Positions 38,767-51,624 of a DNA stretch of 64,000 nucleotides are shown piece by piece. The stretch comes from Veleropilina oligotropha (taxonomy: Eukaryota), in NCBI GenBank assembly GCA_048128005.1, contig JBEUKZ010000112.1:310001-374000 (forward strand), in the 5' to 3' direction. Position 1 is the first letter of the stretch, and every line of letters begins with the position of its first letter. The notes beneath the pieces are model-generated. The model worked only from the letters and a program-made list of their open reading frames with translations, was not told the origin of the DNA and did not search any database. Made by a program: the position numbers and the translations under genes.

Positions 38767-39476
38767 ATGAAGCTCCAGAGACTATGTTCAAAAACATTAA
38801 AAATGTGGTAAAAACTCAATATTTTCATTCAATATTCGAACTCATGATAGTTCATACTTATATCTAATAGCATATTAAGTTTGAAGAAGGTCGCTCATGA
38901 TTAACATCGAAAAAGATAGGCGAGTTCAATCTGTTACGGACGGATGGACGGACGGACCAAAAGCATAATGCCCCCTGGTCGACTAAAGTCGAGCCGGGGG
39001 AATAATAAAGTGACATTACAGTTACGTTTTCATTATAATAATGATAGTGCTAAATCCATAATTTATCACATGCTTGTTTTTAACATTGATAATGCAGACA
39101 TTTGGTAAATCATTGGTTTTATGTCCTGTAAATATACAGGACATTAAGCATAATTCCTCCTCCTCCTCAAAGAAACAAAGACGGAGATCTTCACAAGCCC
39201 AAACACGAAGTACTGCCAGGTATGCTAATGATAATGCAAGGTATTCGGAACCTTTATGGAATGTCACTGCTCCATAATCACTCAAGATAAATTAAGTGAA
39301 AACAGAAGCTGGCAAACTTCTGGCAAGACCCATCTCATTGCCAGCAGAATTTGTTTGACAGAAGAGGTCAGTTCCAGTCCCATGATCAGATTGCCAAAAC
39401 AGATGACCATGCAGCACTGAAGTCAGCTGTATTGACTTGATGACAGACTACATTTTCTACCAGGAGTCTCTGATAA

Positions 39477-41369
39477 AACTAGAAATATGTTCACCAGAAC
39501 ATGGATATGCCCCGGGATGAAGACACCGGATGCCACACTTTGCCAATAGCTTTATGACTATCAAATATGTATTTAAATCTTTAAACTTTAACCAAAAACA
39601 ACAACCAAAATTTTGAAGTTCAAAAACATCAATTTTAGACAATTTTATATTAAATTCCATTCCATATCAGTGCCAGAGTATCAGGTGGCATCCATATAAC
39701 CATTACCAATGCATACGGATGCAAAAAGAGGGCCTTGAGAAAGCCATATTCATCCAATTGAAAACTTGAACCCAAAACTTGATACAAATTTTCAAAGAAC
39801 AAAAACACCAATTTGAGTCATTATTTTATTAAATTCCATTTGATATCAGTGCCAGAGTATCAGGTGACATCCATATAACCATTACCAATGCACAAGGATG
39901 CAAAAAGTGCCATGAGCAAGCCATATTGGTCCAATTGTCCAAGAACACCAATTTCAGGCATTAATTATATTAAATTCCAATCAACATCAGTGCCAGAGTA
40001 TCATCTGGCATCCATATGTGCATAACCAATGCACATGTATGCAAAGAAGAGCCTTAAGCAACACATACATATGTATGCGACCATTGAAAAACTTTAACCG
40101 AAAACATTAACCAAAATTTATATGTCCACAAACACCAATTTCAGGCATTATTTATTTTAAATTCCATTCAATATCAGTGTTAGAGTATCAGGTGGCATCC
40201 ATATAACCATTATCAATGTATATTTAAGAAAATAAGAGCATTGAGCCACCCATATGCACCCAATAAAAAACTTTAATCAAAACTTTACCCAAAATTTCTA
40301 TGTCCAAGAACCTAATTTCAGGCATTAATTATATTAAATTCCATTCAATATCAGTGCCATTGTATCAGCAGGCATCCATATAACCACTACCAATGCACAT
40401 GTATGCAAAGAAGAGCCTTAAGTAACCATATAAGCCCAATGAAAAAACTTTAACCGAAAACTTTAACCAAAATGTCTATGTCCAAAAACACCAATTTCGG
40501 CATTATTTATATTAAATTCCATTCAATATCAGTGCCATAGTATCAGTTGACATCCACATAACCATTATCAATGCATATTCAAGCAAATAAGACCCTTGAG
40601 CAACCCGTATATGTCCAATGAAAAACTTTAACCAAATGTTTTACCATAATTTCTATGTCCAAGAACACCAATTTCAGGCATGAATTATATGAAATTCCAT
40701 TCAATATCAATGTCAGAGTATCAGCAGGCATCCACAAAACCATTGCCATTGTATATGCATGCAAAAAAGTGCCTTCCACAACCCATATACACTCAATGAA
40801 AAACTTTAACCAAATCCGGACACACAAACACACACAGACACACAGACGCAGTGAAAGTAATATGCCCTTCGATCGTCCCGGGGCATAAAATGCCTTGAGC
40901 AAGACATATTATATACACTTGATGACAAAATTTAACCGAAAGTTCACCTAAATTTCTATGTCCAAAAAGACCACCATATTTCCATTAATTATATTAAAAT
41001 TTAATCAATATCACTGCCAGAGTATCAGGTACCATACATACAACCAATAACAAAGCATATATATGCCAAAAAGTGCCTTGAGCAAGCCATATACACTTGA
41101 TGAAAAACTTGAACCGAAAACTTTAACCTTAAATTTGCCTAAATTTCTATGTCCCAAAAGACCACTATATTTCCATTAATTATATTAAAATTTATTCAAT
41201 ATGACTGCCAGAGTATCAGGTAGCAACCATACATCCAATAACAAAGTATATATATGCAAAAAAAGTGCCTTGTGCAAGCCATATACACTCAATGAAAATC
41301 TTTAACCAAATCCGGACACAGAGGAGCTGAAAGCAAGTCCTTCGGGACTATCGTCCTGGGGCATAATAA
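39477..41369 (+). mobile_element. HINE/pearl-like repeat with about 180-bp cores and two 3' ends
   Basis: AACTAG..atgccccggg head; repeated atatcagtgccagagtatcag cores; terminal ..ggggcataa hairpin ends at about 40888 and 41367. Confidence 0.75.
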
Positions 41370-42213
41370 TTAGAGTAGCACTGGGGCGTCAGAGAGCATC
41401 AGCTCATATCATCAATGCACAACGTCTAAACAATGTAGTCTGGTGGCGAGAAGCCGTTTTATGGCCTAACCCAAAATTCTCTGATATAGTTTTTTTTATT
41501 GCTGATTATTCATCTATGACATGTCTGCGATAAGTTCCAGGTGGGTGTGGAGTTGACACCCTTGAGCAATTTTTTTGGCGGCCATTTTGAAAAATGGCCA
41601 CCATCCAAAATTGCTTTTCTCAATATCTCGGTCTGTGAGAATCATAGGGGCATGATTCTGGTGTCTATACCCATGTTTTCAGGGTCATTGAACATGATAA
41701 TACCATCAATAATAGCATTGGGCGATTAAGTTGAGATGGTGATCCTGAATTTCAAAATGGCCGCCAAAAATAACCGAAATCCAATATTATTGTTGTCAAT
41801 ATCTCGACCTGTGAGACTCATAGAGGCATAATTTTGGTGTCTATACCCATGTTTTCAGGGTCACTGAATACGATAAGAGCATCCATAATGTAATTGGACA
41901 ATTAACTTGAGGTAGCCACCCTGAAATTCAAAATGGCTGCCCAAAATGGCCGCCATCCAAAATGTTTTTTCCAATATCCCAGTTTGTGAAACTCGTAGGT
42001 GATTATGTTTTGTCTCTATTTACATGTTTTCTGGATCCATGGACAAGATAAGAACTCTTCTAAGAGCATTGGATGATTTGTTTGAAGCAGCCATCTTAAA
42101 TTTCAATATGGCCGCCAGTAAAAATTGTTTTGACCAAGTTTCGACATCCTGAGGACTCGTTGGAAGACTTGGTTTTGGATAGACCAATAATATGCTTCCT
42201 TCTATCGAAATAA

Positions 42214-42445
42214 ACTGTCCTCGATGGCCCAACTGGTTAGGGCGTCGGAAAAACGTTAAGTGGGACGGTAGGATGTGGGTTCAAGCCCGCGCCGGCCTGG
42301 CTTATTCTAAGGCTTAAAACTAATAGATGGCATATCCCTAATGTATGTCGGTCAGATCGGAGCGAGACCTTAAACCGGGTGTCCCGACCGCGATAAGGCT
42401 GACAAATTGTCCAAAAAGTGGTCGTTAAACAAATCTATCTATCTA
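42214..42445 (+). mobile_element. Full-length tRNA-SINE family A with 13-bp TSD and (CTAT)n tail
   Basis: A box TGGCCCAACTGG, B box GGTTCAAGCC; TCTATCGAAATAA at 42201-13 and 42446-58. Confidence 0.88.
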
Positions 42446-43026
42446 TCTATCGAAATAATAATGTACTTGAACAACAGATATGACTAGTTGTAACATAAGA
42501 ACGTATATTTCATCTTCAGCACACAAATAATAAGCAATATTCAGATACAAATAATGCCATAATCTTACGTTGTAGACATTGCATTCTCCCGTTATAGATT
42601 ATCAGTTTGTACTACTTTTTGTGTACATTTGTACCTCGGAAATGCAGTGACTATAATGCTTGTCTTATCACAACGTGAAAGCAGTTCGTATGACTATATA
42701 TCAAGCCTAAAATATTAACACCTCTGACTAAAATAATACATGGATATGACTAATTACCATTACTTCGACTAGTAATTATCTGTTATAGTCATCGTATGCC
42801 CGCGGTATATATAAAGTACCACTTTATGTATGCTGCGGGAATACAATGACTACAAATGTACACCGCTTGTCTTATCACAACGTCAACACAGCTCATATGA
42901 CTAGATATTAATTTGTAAACATATTAAGTGTTCTCACTAAAATAATATATGGACATGACTAATTATCATTACTTTGACTAGTAATCATCAGTTATAATCA
43001 TTGTATGCCCGTGGTAGTCATAACGT

Positions 43027-43285
43027 AGGGAGGAATGATGCTTAATGTCCTGTATATTTACAACATCGAGGTTCAAGGCAGGACATGTCCGTGTTATCGC
43101 GGGAGGAAACCCTGGTCGCCCGGGTAAACCCGCCCTCTTCGGCCAGTCACGAACAACTGTGATTCATAAATTGAACAAATTTCAATGCCTAAGCCAGGTA
43201 TTGAACCCACTACTGTTCGCATTAGCGGAATCAAGCCAGTGAATATTAGAGTGGACACTCTAACCACTGCGCTGCCGAAGCGGCC
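43027..43285 (-). mobile_element. Full-length tRNA-SINE family B (V-domain-like) with 12-bp TSD
   Basis: Minus-strand A box GGCAGCGCAGTGG, B box GGTTCAATACC, core GGGTTTACCCGGGCGACCAGGGTTTCCTCCC; TAGTCATAACGT at 43015-26 and 43286-97. Confidence 0.88.
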
Positions 43286-43542
43286 TAGTCATAACGTGCC
43301 ATGTTATATGTAGGTCTATCGCGGGAATACAATGACTACAAAGCTTGTCTTATCACAACGTGAACGCAGCTCGTATGACTAGATATCAATAATAAAAATA
43401 TTAAGTGCTCTCACTAAAATAATATATGGATAAGCCTAGTTAGCATAACTTTGACTAGTAATCATCGGTTATGGCCAAAATATGCCCACTGTAGACAAAG
43501 TGCCTATGCGGTTTATAAATGCATTCAATACTGTCACGGTCA

Positions 43543-44005
43543 TCAATCATCGTCATCTTCCGCTTCTTGAACTTGTTTTGTTCTCTCATTGTAGCATGCT
43601 TGGCTACCTTGACATGCACAGAAGATGGTGCATGCCATGTTTGCACTCTGACATCCACATTTTTGTGTTTTGCATGGTATGTCACTGGCACAAGAACATT
43701 TGATTAGTTTTAACAGATCTGCAGGTGATAATGGGATGCCATCACGGATTGTGGTTGGAGTGAGTGATTCACCATTTTCTCTCGACCATCCAAAGTCGAC
43801 AGGATTTATCGCGGGAGGATCTGGCTGCAGTGAATACCTCCAAACTGCCACTTGGAAGTGAGCACGGGCTGCATTCTCTCGAAAGGCTTCATTTGTGGGC
43901 GGCAGAGTGGCGAGCTTCGGTGCGCATGCCACACTGCGACCGCCTGTACCAGTCCATGATTTTTGTCGTGCTTCTGTCATAGACTGGCATCGCTGCTGAC
44001 CATGC
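43543..44005 (-). pseudogene. C-terminal fragment of an Academ transposase protein (LPPT..RAH.Q..VW, GW, Cys8/CXC finger)
   Basis: LPPTNEAFRENAARAHFQVAVW..GW..IKCSC....C....CGC......CTIFCAC; the DDE and nuclease domains upstream are missing. Confidence 0.78.
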
Positions 44006-44012
44006 TGAATTT

Positions 44013-45319
44013 ATGCGGAAAATCAGAACAATACCGTACGATCAAGAGGAAGAGGCACCATATAAGCCCACACCACCCACCATTATTATTGATAACTGGC
44101 CTCGTTTCTTGACGGTCGAGTCTCTGTCAGAGACCGACATCACTACCTTGAGGCCGTTCGCCATTGCCAAGGCCATTCTTAGCCTGGCTGGCGAGCCAAA
44201 GACCGTCAAGAAACTCCGAGATGGCAAACTACTGGTCGAATGCGCCAGGAAGAGCCATGCTGAAAACCTACTGAGAACCAAAACATTTGTAAACATTCCA
44301 GTAGAGGTTCTCCCACATCGGTCCTTGAATTCTTGCAAGGGAGTAATAAGATCTAGGGATCCGCCGGGATGCAGTGACCTAGAATTACTGGAAGGTATGA
44401 TCCTTGACTTCAACCTTCCAGTGCTTCCGAAGTCTATAAAAGCCGGATACTTAAACATCCCTGTAGAGCCTTATATACCAAACCCCTTGCGGTTCTTCAA
44501 ATGCCAGGCATTTGGACACCACAAAGACCGATGCAAGAGAAACCCAGCATGTGCTCGCTGCAGTGAGGAGGGTCATGATTCCGACTCCTGCTCCAAGCAA
44601 CCATCTTGCTGTAACTGCAAAGGCAGCCATTGTGCTTATTCCACGGACCACCCGAAGTGGAAGCATGAGAAGGAGATCCAAAGGGTCAAAACCATCGACC
44701 GGATCTCTTTCCCTGATGCTAGGAAACTGGTGGATTCCAGAACTCCTTCGGGTAGATCCTATGCCGCAATGGCCACAGCAAAGGAGTAGAAGCCGAACAC
44801 TCGATCCTCTTCCACGCAAACGGATATCACCTGGCCATTAGGCGAACATTTTTCAGTACTTTGCCATCACAACATAAATTAACAGCATCATCATCATCAA
44901 CACAAACATCAAAACCCATGAAACCTACTCGCAACTCGATAAAAGAGACTGCTGCTGCTTCTAAAGCCTCTAAGAAACAAACATCAAAGCTTAACAGACA
45001 GCCCAAAGGGTCCGAGGACCCAATTAAACTGCATAATCGCTTTGATCATCTGATGGAAACCATCGAACCATCAGATGACCAAAGCGATCCTGACAACATC
45101 ATCAAAGACCTTGCCGCTGACATAGTTGCTGCTGCTACCGAGAAGGGTAGGAAGGCAGCAGCAGCCAAAGCCAAGCTAAACCGACAGACCAAGGTGGTGG
45201 ATGATCCACCCCTACCACCACTGTCTGTCGACGATCCAATGGATAACGATAAACCATTGGATCGGCCATCGGCAAAGCCCAATCCTACGAAAAAGCCCGT
45301 ACTTCCACCAGACAAATAG
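44013..45319 (+). pseudogene. LINE ORF1 (I/Nimb-like, gag-type zinc knuckles) without ORF2
   Basis: WPRFL..PFAIAK..KKLRDGKLLVE..PHRSLNSCKGVI..YIPNPLRFFKCQAFGH..C, CARC...GH....C and CCNCKGSH; premature TAG at 44787 with STQTDITWP continuing in frame; later frameshift. Confidence 0.85.
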
Positions 45320-46885
45320 TAAATTTTAGCAAAGCATAATACACGAATTACTTACATAAATACACCTACAACACAGCATGATAAAGCCAAGATATAGGGT
45401 AAACAAGTTTTATTGGCGGTCATTTTAAAATTCAAGAGGGCTGTCCCAATCAAAATCACCCAATATTATTATTGATGTTCTTATTGTACTCATTGACACT
45501 GATAACATGGGTATAGCCACCAGAATTATGCCTCTACAAATCCAACAAAAAATATATTGACAATTTAACCAATTTGGGATGGCGGCCATTTTTAGGGGGA
45601 ATTTTGAAATTCAAGACGGCTGCCTCAACCAAATCATTCAATGTTAGTAGTGTTGTTTTTATAATGTTCATGGACCCTTAGAACATGGGTATAGATACCA
45701 AAATTTACCTATATGAGTCTCACAAGACGAGATATGAACAAAAATAATATTGGATTTTGGTCATTTTTGGCAGTCATTTTGAAATTCAGGTTCACCATCT
45801 CTACTTAATCACCCAATGTTATTATCGATGGTATTATCATGTTCACTGACCATGAAAACATAGGTATAGACACCAGAATCATGCCTCTATGAGTCCCACA
45901 GACAAAGATATTGACAAAAGCAATTTTGGATGGTGGCCATTTTTTAAAATGGCCGCCAAAAAAAATGCTCAAGGGTGATAACTCCACACCCAACTGGAAA
46001 TGATCACAGATAGGCTAAAGATGAATAATCAACAATAAACAAAACTATATCAAAGAATTTTGGGTTTGCCTTCCCGCCACAAGACTAATACAGCATTTCC
46101 AAGCTTGCTTTCATAAAAATTTTGGTGGTATAGGTGATGATGTTGGTAAAATGAACCATCTGACACTCTGTAACCTTTGATATATATAGTACTAATCTAA
46201 AGTGGATGTAATGGAATTACACTGTTAAATGAAAATAATTTCCATTGTGCATGCATATGTAAAATGAAGCTACACAAAGAGTGATCGATTCACATGTTGC
46301 ACCTTAACATTTGAACCATACAATCACACACTTTAATTTTTAAATCAAAGAAAATCCAACATTATTTTAAATAACAAATTGTTAAAATGTGAATTTTAAA
46401 TATCACAATATTTCACCACAAAAATAAAAATAAAAACAATTTTAAGAAAACCATCTTGACACAGACCATAATTATGCTGACATTATTCAAGTACGAGTAC
46501 TAACTTACCGAGAACAAATTTGAAAGTACATGTTTTAAATGTAGCAGAATCTTCATACAAACACACCAGTTACTTATCGAATTGCATATTGTAATACTGA
46601 TCGAGATTTACTTAAATACACACTAAAGCAGGATATCGGTCGACATGCAACGACGACACTGATCAGTCAAAGTGACAGTAGAGATCGCGCAAAATGCATC
46701 ACTAAATGATAATGTGTCTGATATCAGCCATGAATCAGGTAAATGACACTCACAATCCCATCAGGGACGTCATCAATCTGCATGTCCAAGTTAGCAACCA
46801 TTATGTAAAAGTAGCATACGCAGTTTTGTGGTTTAATATCGTTAACAAATTCTGATCAATTGCCTGAGTTGCATTCATATTACAG

Positions 46886-47735
46886 CAGGGGCTGAATTTT
46901 GACGCGAATCCATTCGCGTGCAGATTCGCCTAGAGATGTATTCATGAGAATCCATGTGGATTCGGGTGACGGAAAAAATATTTATTTTACAAAATCACAT
47001 TGTGTGCCTATTTCATATGGAAATAAACAAGAACATGAATAGTTTAGCAATGAAATCAATTCTAGAGTAGTACCTATCTGTTTATTTATCAATAATCCTC
47101 TCCTGTGGCATCTGATAGAATGTGCTAACAACTCGCGTGTTTGTCAAGTGAAACCATTTCTGCAGTAGACTGGGAAATCCTGTCAGCTGTCAGTCATTGT
47201 CATTTCTGCCCCATGGGAGTTTGAAATTATCTCCCTTTTGTATTGTGTCGATACATCGAAGGAACATGAAACAGTAACGTACCACGAGCCGAAAATGGCA
47301 AATTAGTTGGTCACAACACATTTTTGATTACTTGTTTATAAAAAAATACTAGCTAAGCGCCAAAAGACATTATTTATTAAGCACATCTGGTTTTCTAATT
47401 CACAGTTTAAAGTGGTCATTTATAACAGAGCTGTGGTAATGCTATCTCTGCACAAATAAACTGAACACGTGTCTCCATCCATTCATGTTTATAAAGCATG
47501 GTACATTTTTCATGATAAATGACACATGTGAAGTGTACATTAAAGAAAAATATATTCATGCTGAAAGTGAAAGGAACAAAGTATACAATTTCATAATTAA
47601 CCCTATTTAGCTATTATTTTGAAAGTTTTGAATATTTCAGCTAGGGAATCCAGTTTCTCATGAGTAACATTGGTGGGAATCCAAATGTGGGAATCCATTT
47701 AGATTCTCGCAAAATTTTACAGAATTCAGGCCCTG
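46886..47735. mobile_element. Non-autonomous hAT-like element with 5-bp TSD
   Basis: CAGGGGCTGAATT...AATTCAGGCCCTG (12/13); TACAG at 46881-85 and 47736-40; gaatcca subterminal motifs at both ends. Confidence 0.85.
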
Positions 47736-50404
47736 TACAGCAACTTCCTCCCAAATTCCTGTAGCAATATTATACATGTACATGTATCAATCGTTCGTAG
47801 AAGTACTTTATCGTGTAGTCGATCGATATTCTTTATGTTGACATATACCATAAAATATTTTAACCTTGAATTAATCTATAATATCTATTATATTTTTTAC
47901 CAAATAATAATGAATTGTTGAAATGTAGGAAATAGAAATGACAAGTTTGGAAAAGAGAAAATGCTTTAGACACAAACTATCATATGCGCATACAAGTACA
48001 TACTTACTTCAACCCCCATTGTCGACACTGATAGCGATACATCATATGCTAAGAATAAATAATATTCGACAAAGTTAATTACGGATTAGCGCAATTCCTC
48101 CAATGCATTCGAAGAATTATCACATAAATCATTGAAGACACCAGTTCATTTCTATTTATATGAAATAACTCCAGGCGCAATTGTTTTCTGTTCACAGTAA
48201 TTAATCCAACATTACACAAACAGTCACAAAATGTGCTGCAGATTCTTGCTGGTTATAATACTTGCTTCTTTCCACTGATTCAGTTCTGTTTATGGCATAA
48301 ATATTCTTGATATCACGTTAAATTTTCGATGCATCCATATTTATGCGCACGTGTTGCTTCAGTCCAGGTGAGTCGTGACACACCATATTGATCTTGCTGC
48401 TTTCTACTGCATTCTGTTATGCGATTAGTTCTGCACGCTAACACTAAATATACCTTTCGGGAGCCAAGCAGTAGTGTGTTGAAAGGCCTTTACAATATCA
48501 GCATCCGTTAGGTAAATTTGACTATTTTTTCTTGGTCATAAATCTTCCGCTATACCTGTGAAATATCTACACTTCCAATCAACAGTTGAATTATTTCCTG
48601 TCGATTAAGCTGTGTGCTTGTTCTGGTGACTCGCGCCTTCTATGTCCACATTACAACTCAGGAAATGAGTCAAGAGTTTAGTAGCAAAGAGATCTTTCGC
48701 ACTTCTGTGGTGACAGCATGTCATTGAAGTAGCACTGACTGGACAACGATAAACTACCATAAACTGTCCTTTACTTGCCAGGAGCGAAAACTATTCAGAT
48801 TGGCATTGACCAGCCGTTAACTTCTTTGTAGAACAGCTAGGTGTTACCAACCAACGACTTTTTTGCACGAAATCTTTGTCATTCCTAAATGCTGACAAGT
48901 GCGAATAAATTGGGCAAAACTGATGTTGGCTTCAAATCAATCATCATTACCTCTGAGAAAGGTACACCAGTAGTTTACTATAATTGCATTGCCATGGAAA
49001 CGATACAAGGAGAATCAAGTAATAAGATACTGGTCACTTAAAACAGCAATACAGTGAAGATTGGAGGAGTCCAATATCAGAAGACTAGCCAACATACACT
49101 CGCTGAAAACTTAAAACAGAGAAAATGTTAATCCACTTTCCTTTGAAGCTAGCTCTTCAGGTTATCCCTGTAGAGTCTACACGATGTTGAGAGCTGCAAG
49201 CACTCGTTTCCTCTCCCGAATCAACTTGATACCTGGTGGACATTTAATATAGGAGCAAGACGGAATGACCCTCTGCACTTGATCTCTGGCCATCAAATAT
49301 CGCAGGAGAAAATTACCCATACTGCACAGGTCACCAGGCACAAATTAACGAGGGTAAAAGTAATTGCTTTTTCTTCCCCTCTTGTAATAGATAAGCACCT
49401 GGGTGTTACATTCTCCATTGAACACATGCTTAGAAATAATGGGCCGATAAGAAATAGGAGAGCGGCCAAGGAAAATCCACAGGGTATTTATTGTGCAACC
49501 ATATGTTCTGGTGATAGGAAAAGACAACATTCATTTTTCAGGATAAAATAATAAACTCACTCAACGCACAGTTACATAATATCTGCATGCAGCTTTATCC
49601 TCGTCAATGCCATAGAAAATATATGTCCGTTTTAGACTCACGGTAAATAGCTGAGACAAGTTGTTGCTGTTAAGATAATTATTAAGGAAAGGTGAAAATA
49701 ATTTGCTTGCTATAATCGAATGCCAAGCAATTGCGGAAAGGTTATAAACACTACGTTTTTTGCTATATGTCAGTAACTTTAGCATCTGGATTGATAATGA
49801 TTACTTACACAATTACATCATTACACAAAAACATGTGTTTGTTTTGGGCACTGTGTCTGGTTAAGAGCCAGCACAAACAGTCAGTCGACAACACGCAGCT
49901 GCATTGCATCGCTGCTCCGTAATTATCTAGAATATGCCAGTACAATCGGGACATCAGTAACACGCACACTGCCTGCTCATATCAATGTAATCCGTCAGCA
50001 TTTATCCGACCTCCTACATCCGCATACTGTTCCCAAACAAACAATTATCTGACATTACCAGGGAATTACTTCAAGTTTACCAAAGTAAATATGTTTTTTG
50101 GCAGCATCATACAAAATTAATTTAAAGAGTGAGAACATATTTTAGATTTTTCTCAAAATGCTAAATTGTTACCAAAAGATTATTTGGTATCTCTAAATTC
50201 AACAATAAAGAAATTATGAACAATATAAAACCTCAACTTATATTATAGGAAACAGGAAAAATACACAATCCAAACGATCAAAATTTACCAATCTGTAACT
50301 AAATATGATTTTTCAGGTGCAATATGTGAAAATCATGAATTTCAGTTATCGATAAATGAAAAATGGAACCCATATTCACAATTGTGGCACATAATGATAT
50401 ATAG

Positions 50405-50612
50405 GGAGGGAGGAATGATGCTTAATGTCCTGTATATTTACAACATCGAGGTTCAAGGCAGGACATGTCCGTGTAATCACAGGAGGAAACCCCGGTCACC
50501 CGGGTAAACCCGCCCTCTTCGGCCAGACACGGACAACTGTGATTCATAACTTGAACAAATTTCAATGCCTCAGCCAGGTATTGAACCCACTACTGTTGGC
50601 ATTAGCGGAAAT
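50405..50612 (-). mobile_element. 5'-truncated family B SINE with 14-bp TSD
   Basis: ATAATGATATATAG at 50391-404 and 50613-26; nearly identical to 43027-43230. Confidence 0.88.
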
Positions 50613-51624
50613 ATAATGATATATAGTCACATACATCTGATAGTATCGCTTGATTGCATCAGCCAATGGTTACCAAGAAGCAACGAATGACATTTAACAT
50701 CACACATATATATGACCTCTGACATGATACCGAGACATGTATAAAGGCTATCATGCTGGTACTGTTTGGCCAGGGCATCAAAAATAGGTAGTGATGCTTC
50801 AGCCTCTTTCCTGGTATATATATATATCCTTTTAGCAGTCTACAATATGTGCTCTGCTAGAAAACTGATAAAAATGTAATCCAATGCCATCTAACTGCCA
50901 TGAACCTGATATCAGTGTTTAGAGAGTATAAACAGCTTAGTACATCAATAAACTGAGTGGAGAGAGGAATTCCTGTAGTCTGCTACACATTATTCGATTA
51001 GCACCAGGTGGTTACACCTTCCTTTATGGCTATAGGTCTGATTACTAGCATCAAACACACCATCCATCCAAGGCAGCTACAGTTCATTCATAAAATTTGA
51101 TATAGGCCACCAGAGAGGGGTGTGACGTCAGAGATAAATACTTCCTGCGTTTAATGTTTGGATAGGTGACATGATGTTCCTAGATTGAAAAAGGCGGTAA
51201 ATTTTTTAATGTAACATTGTAGATTATACAAAATGAGAATCACCATGACTGTCATTATCAGTTCAAAAAATAGTTAAATGTTTTCAATAAACGTCAGGAA
51301 AAACCACTTAAAACAATTAAGTAAGCTAAAACTGTTGTACAGCTTAGTCGATCATAAAAAAACTCTGCACATCATTTCATTATGCACTGTTATTGGCTAC
51401 AGAGTATTTGTAAGCATCATAGTCAGACAAGAGTTATCTCCCATGTATCTGAGTAATTTATTGCTTTCTGAAAAAATGTGTTATATTTTTATTAACAATT
51501 TCAATCCCATGTACAGGTGAATGGATACATTGCTGTTTAATAACCACGGCAACAGCATTTGAGTCCTTAATAGAGTCAATCAAGTTTGAATGCTGCTGTG
51601 TCTGGATTTACGGCCATAATGGTA

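Larger units (their letters stand above)
35548..39007 (+). mobile_element. HINE/pearl-like repeat with about 181-bp cores, hosting nested insertions
   Basis: AACTAG..atgcccc head; cores (gctattgattaacat) at about 36025, 36210, 36391 and 36572, resuming at 38767; ACGG microsatellite; terminal hairpin ccccc.gg.tcgact..agtcga.ccggggg. Confidence 0.75.
41436..46087 (-). mobile_element. Internally deleted Academ DNA transposon with long TIRs
   Basis: TAGTCTGGTGGCG...CGCCACAAGACTA termini; inverted similarity over more than 400 bp; flanks ATG/ATA (imperfect 3-bp TSD); retains the Cys-rich C-terminus typical of Academ proteins. Confidence 0.8.

Noticed and set aside
43190..43285. tRNA genes (also near 655 and 42214)
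   Set aside because: A/B boxes are SINE heads attached to repeated bodies, tails and TSDs; no cloverleaf.
43543..43980. Host tesmin/LIN54 CXC gene
   Set aside because: Intronless fragment inside TAG..CTA TIRs with the LPPT/RAH.Q motif of Academ proteins.
44013..44789. LTR retrotransposon gag
   Set aside because: No LTRs, PBS or pol; motifs (WPRFL, PHRSLN, YIPNPLR plus three knuckles) fit non-LTR ORF1.
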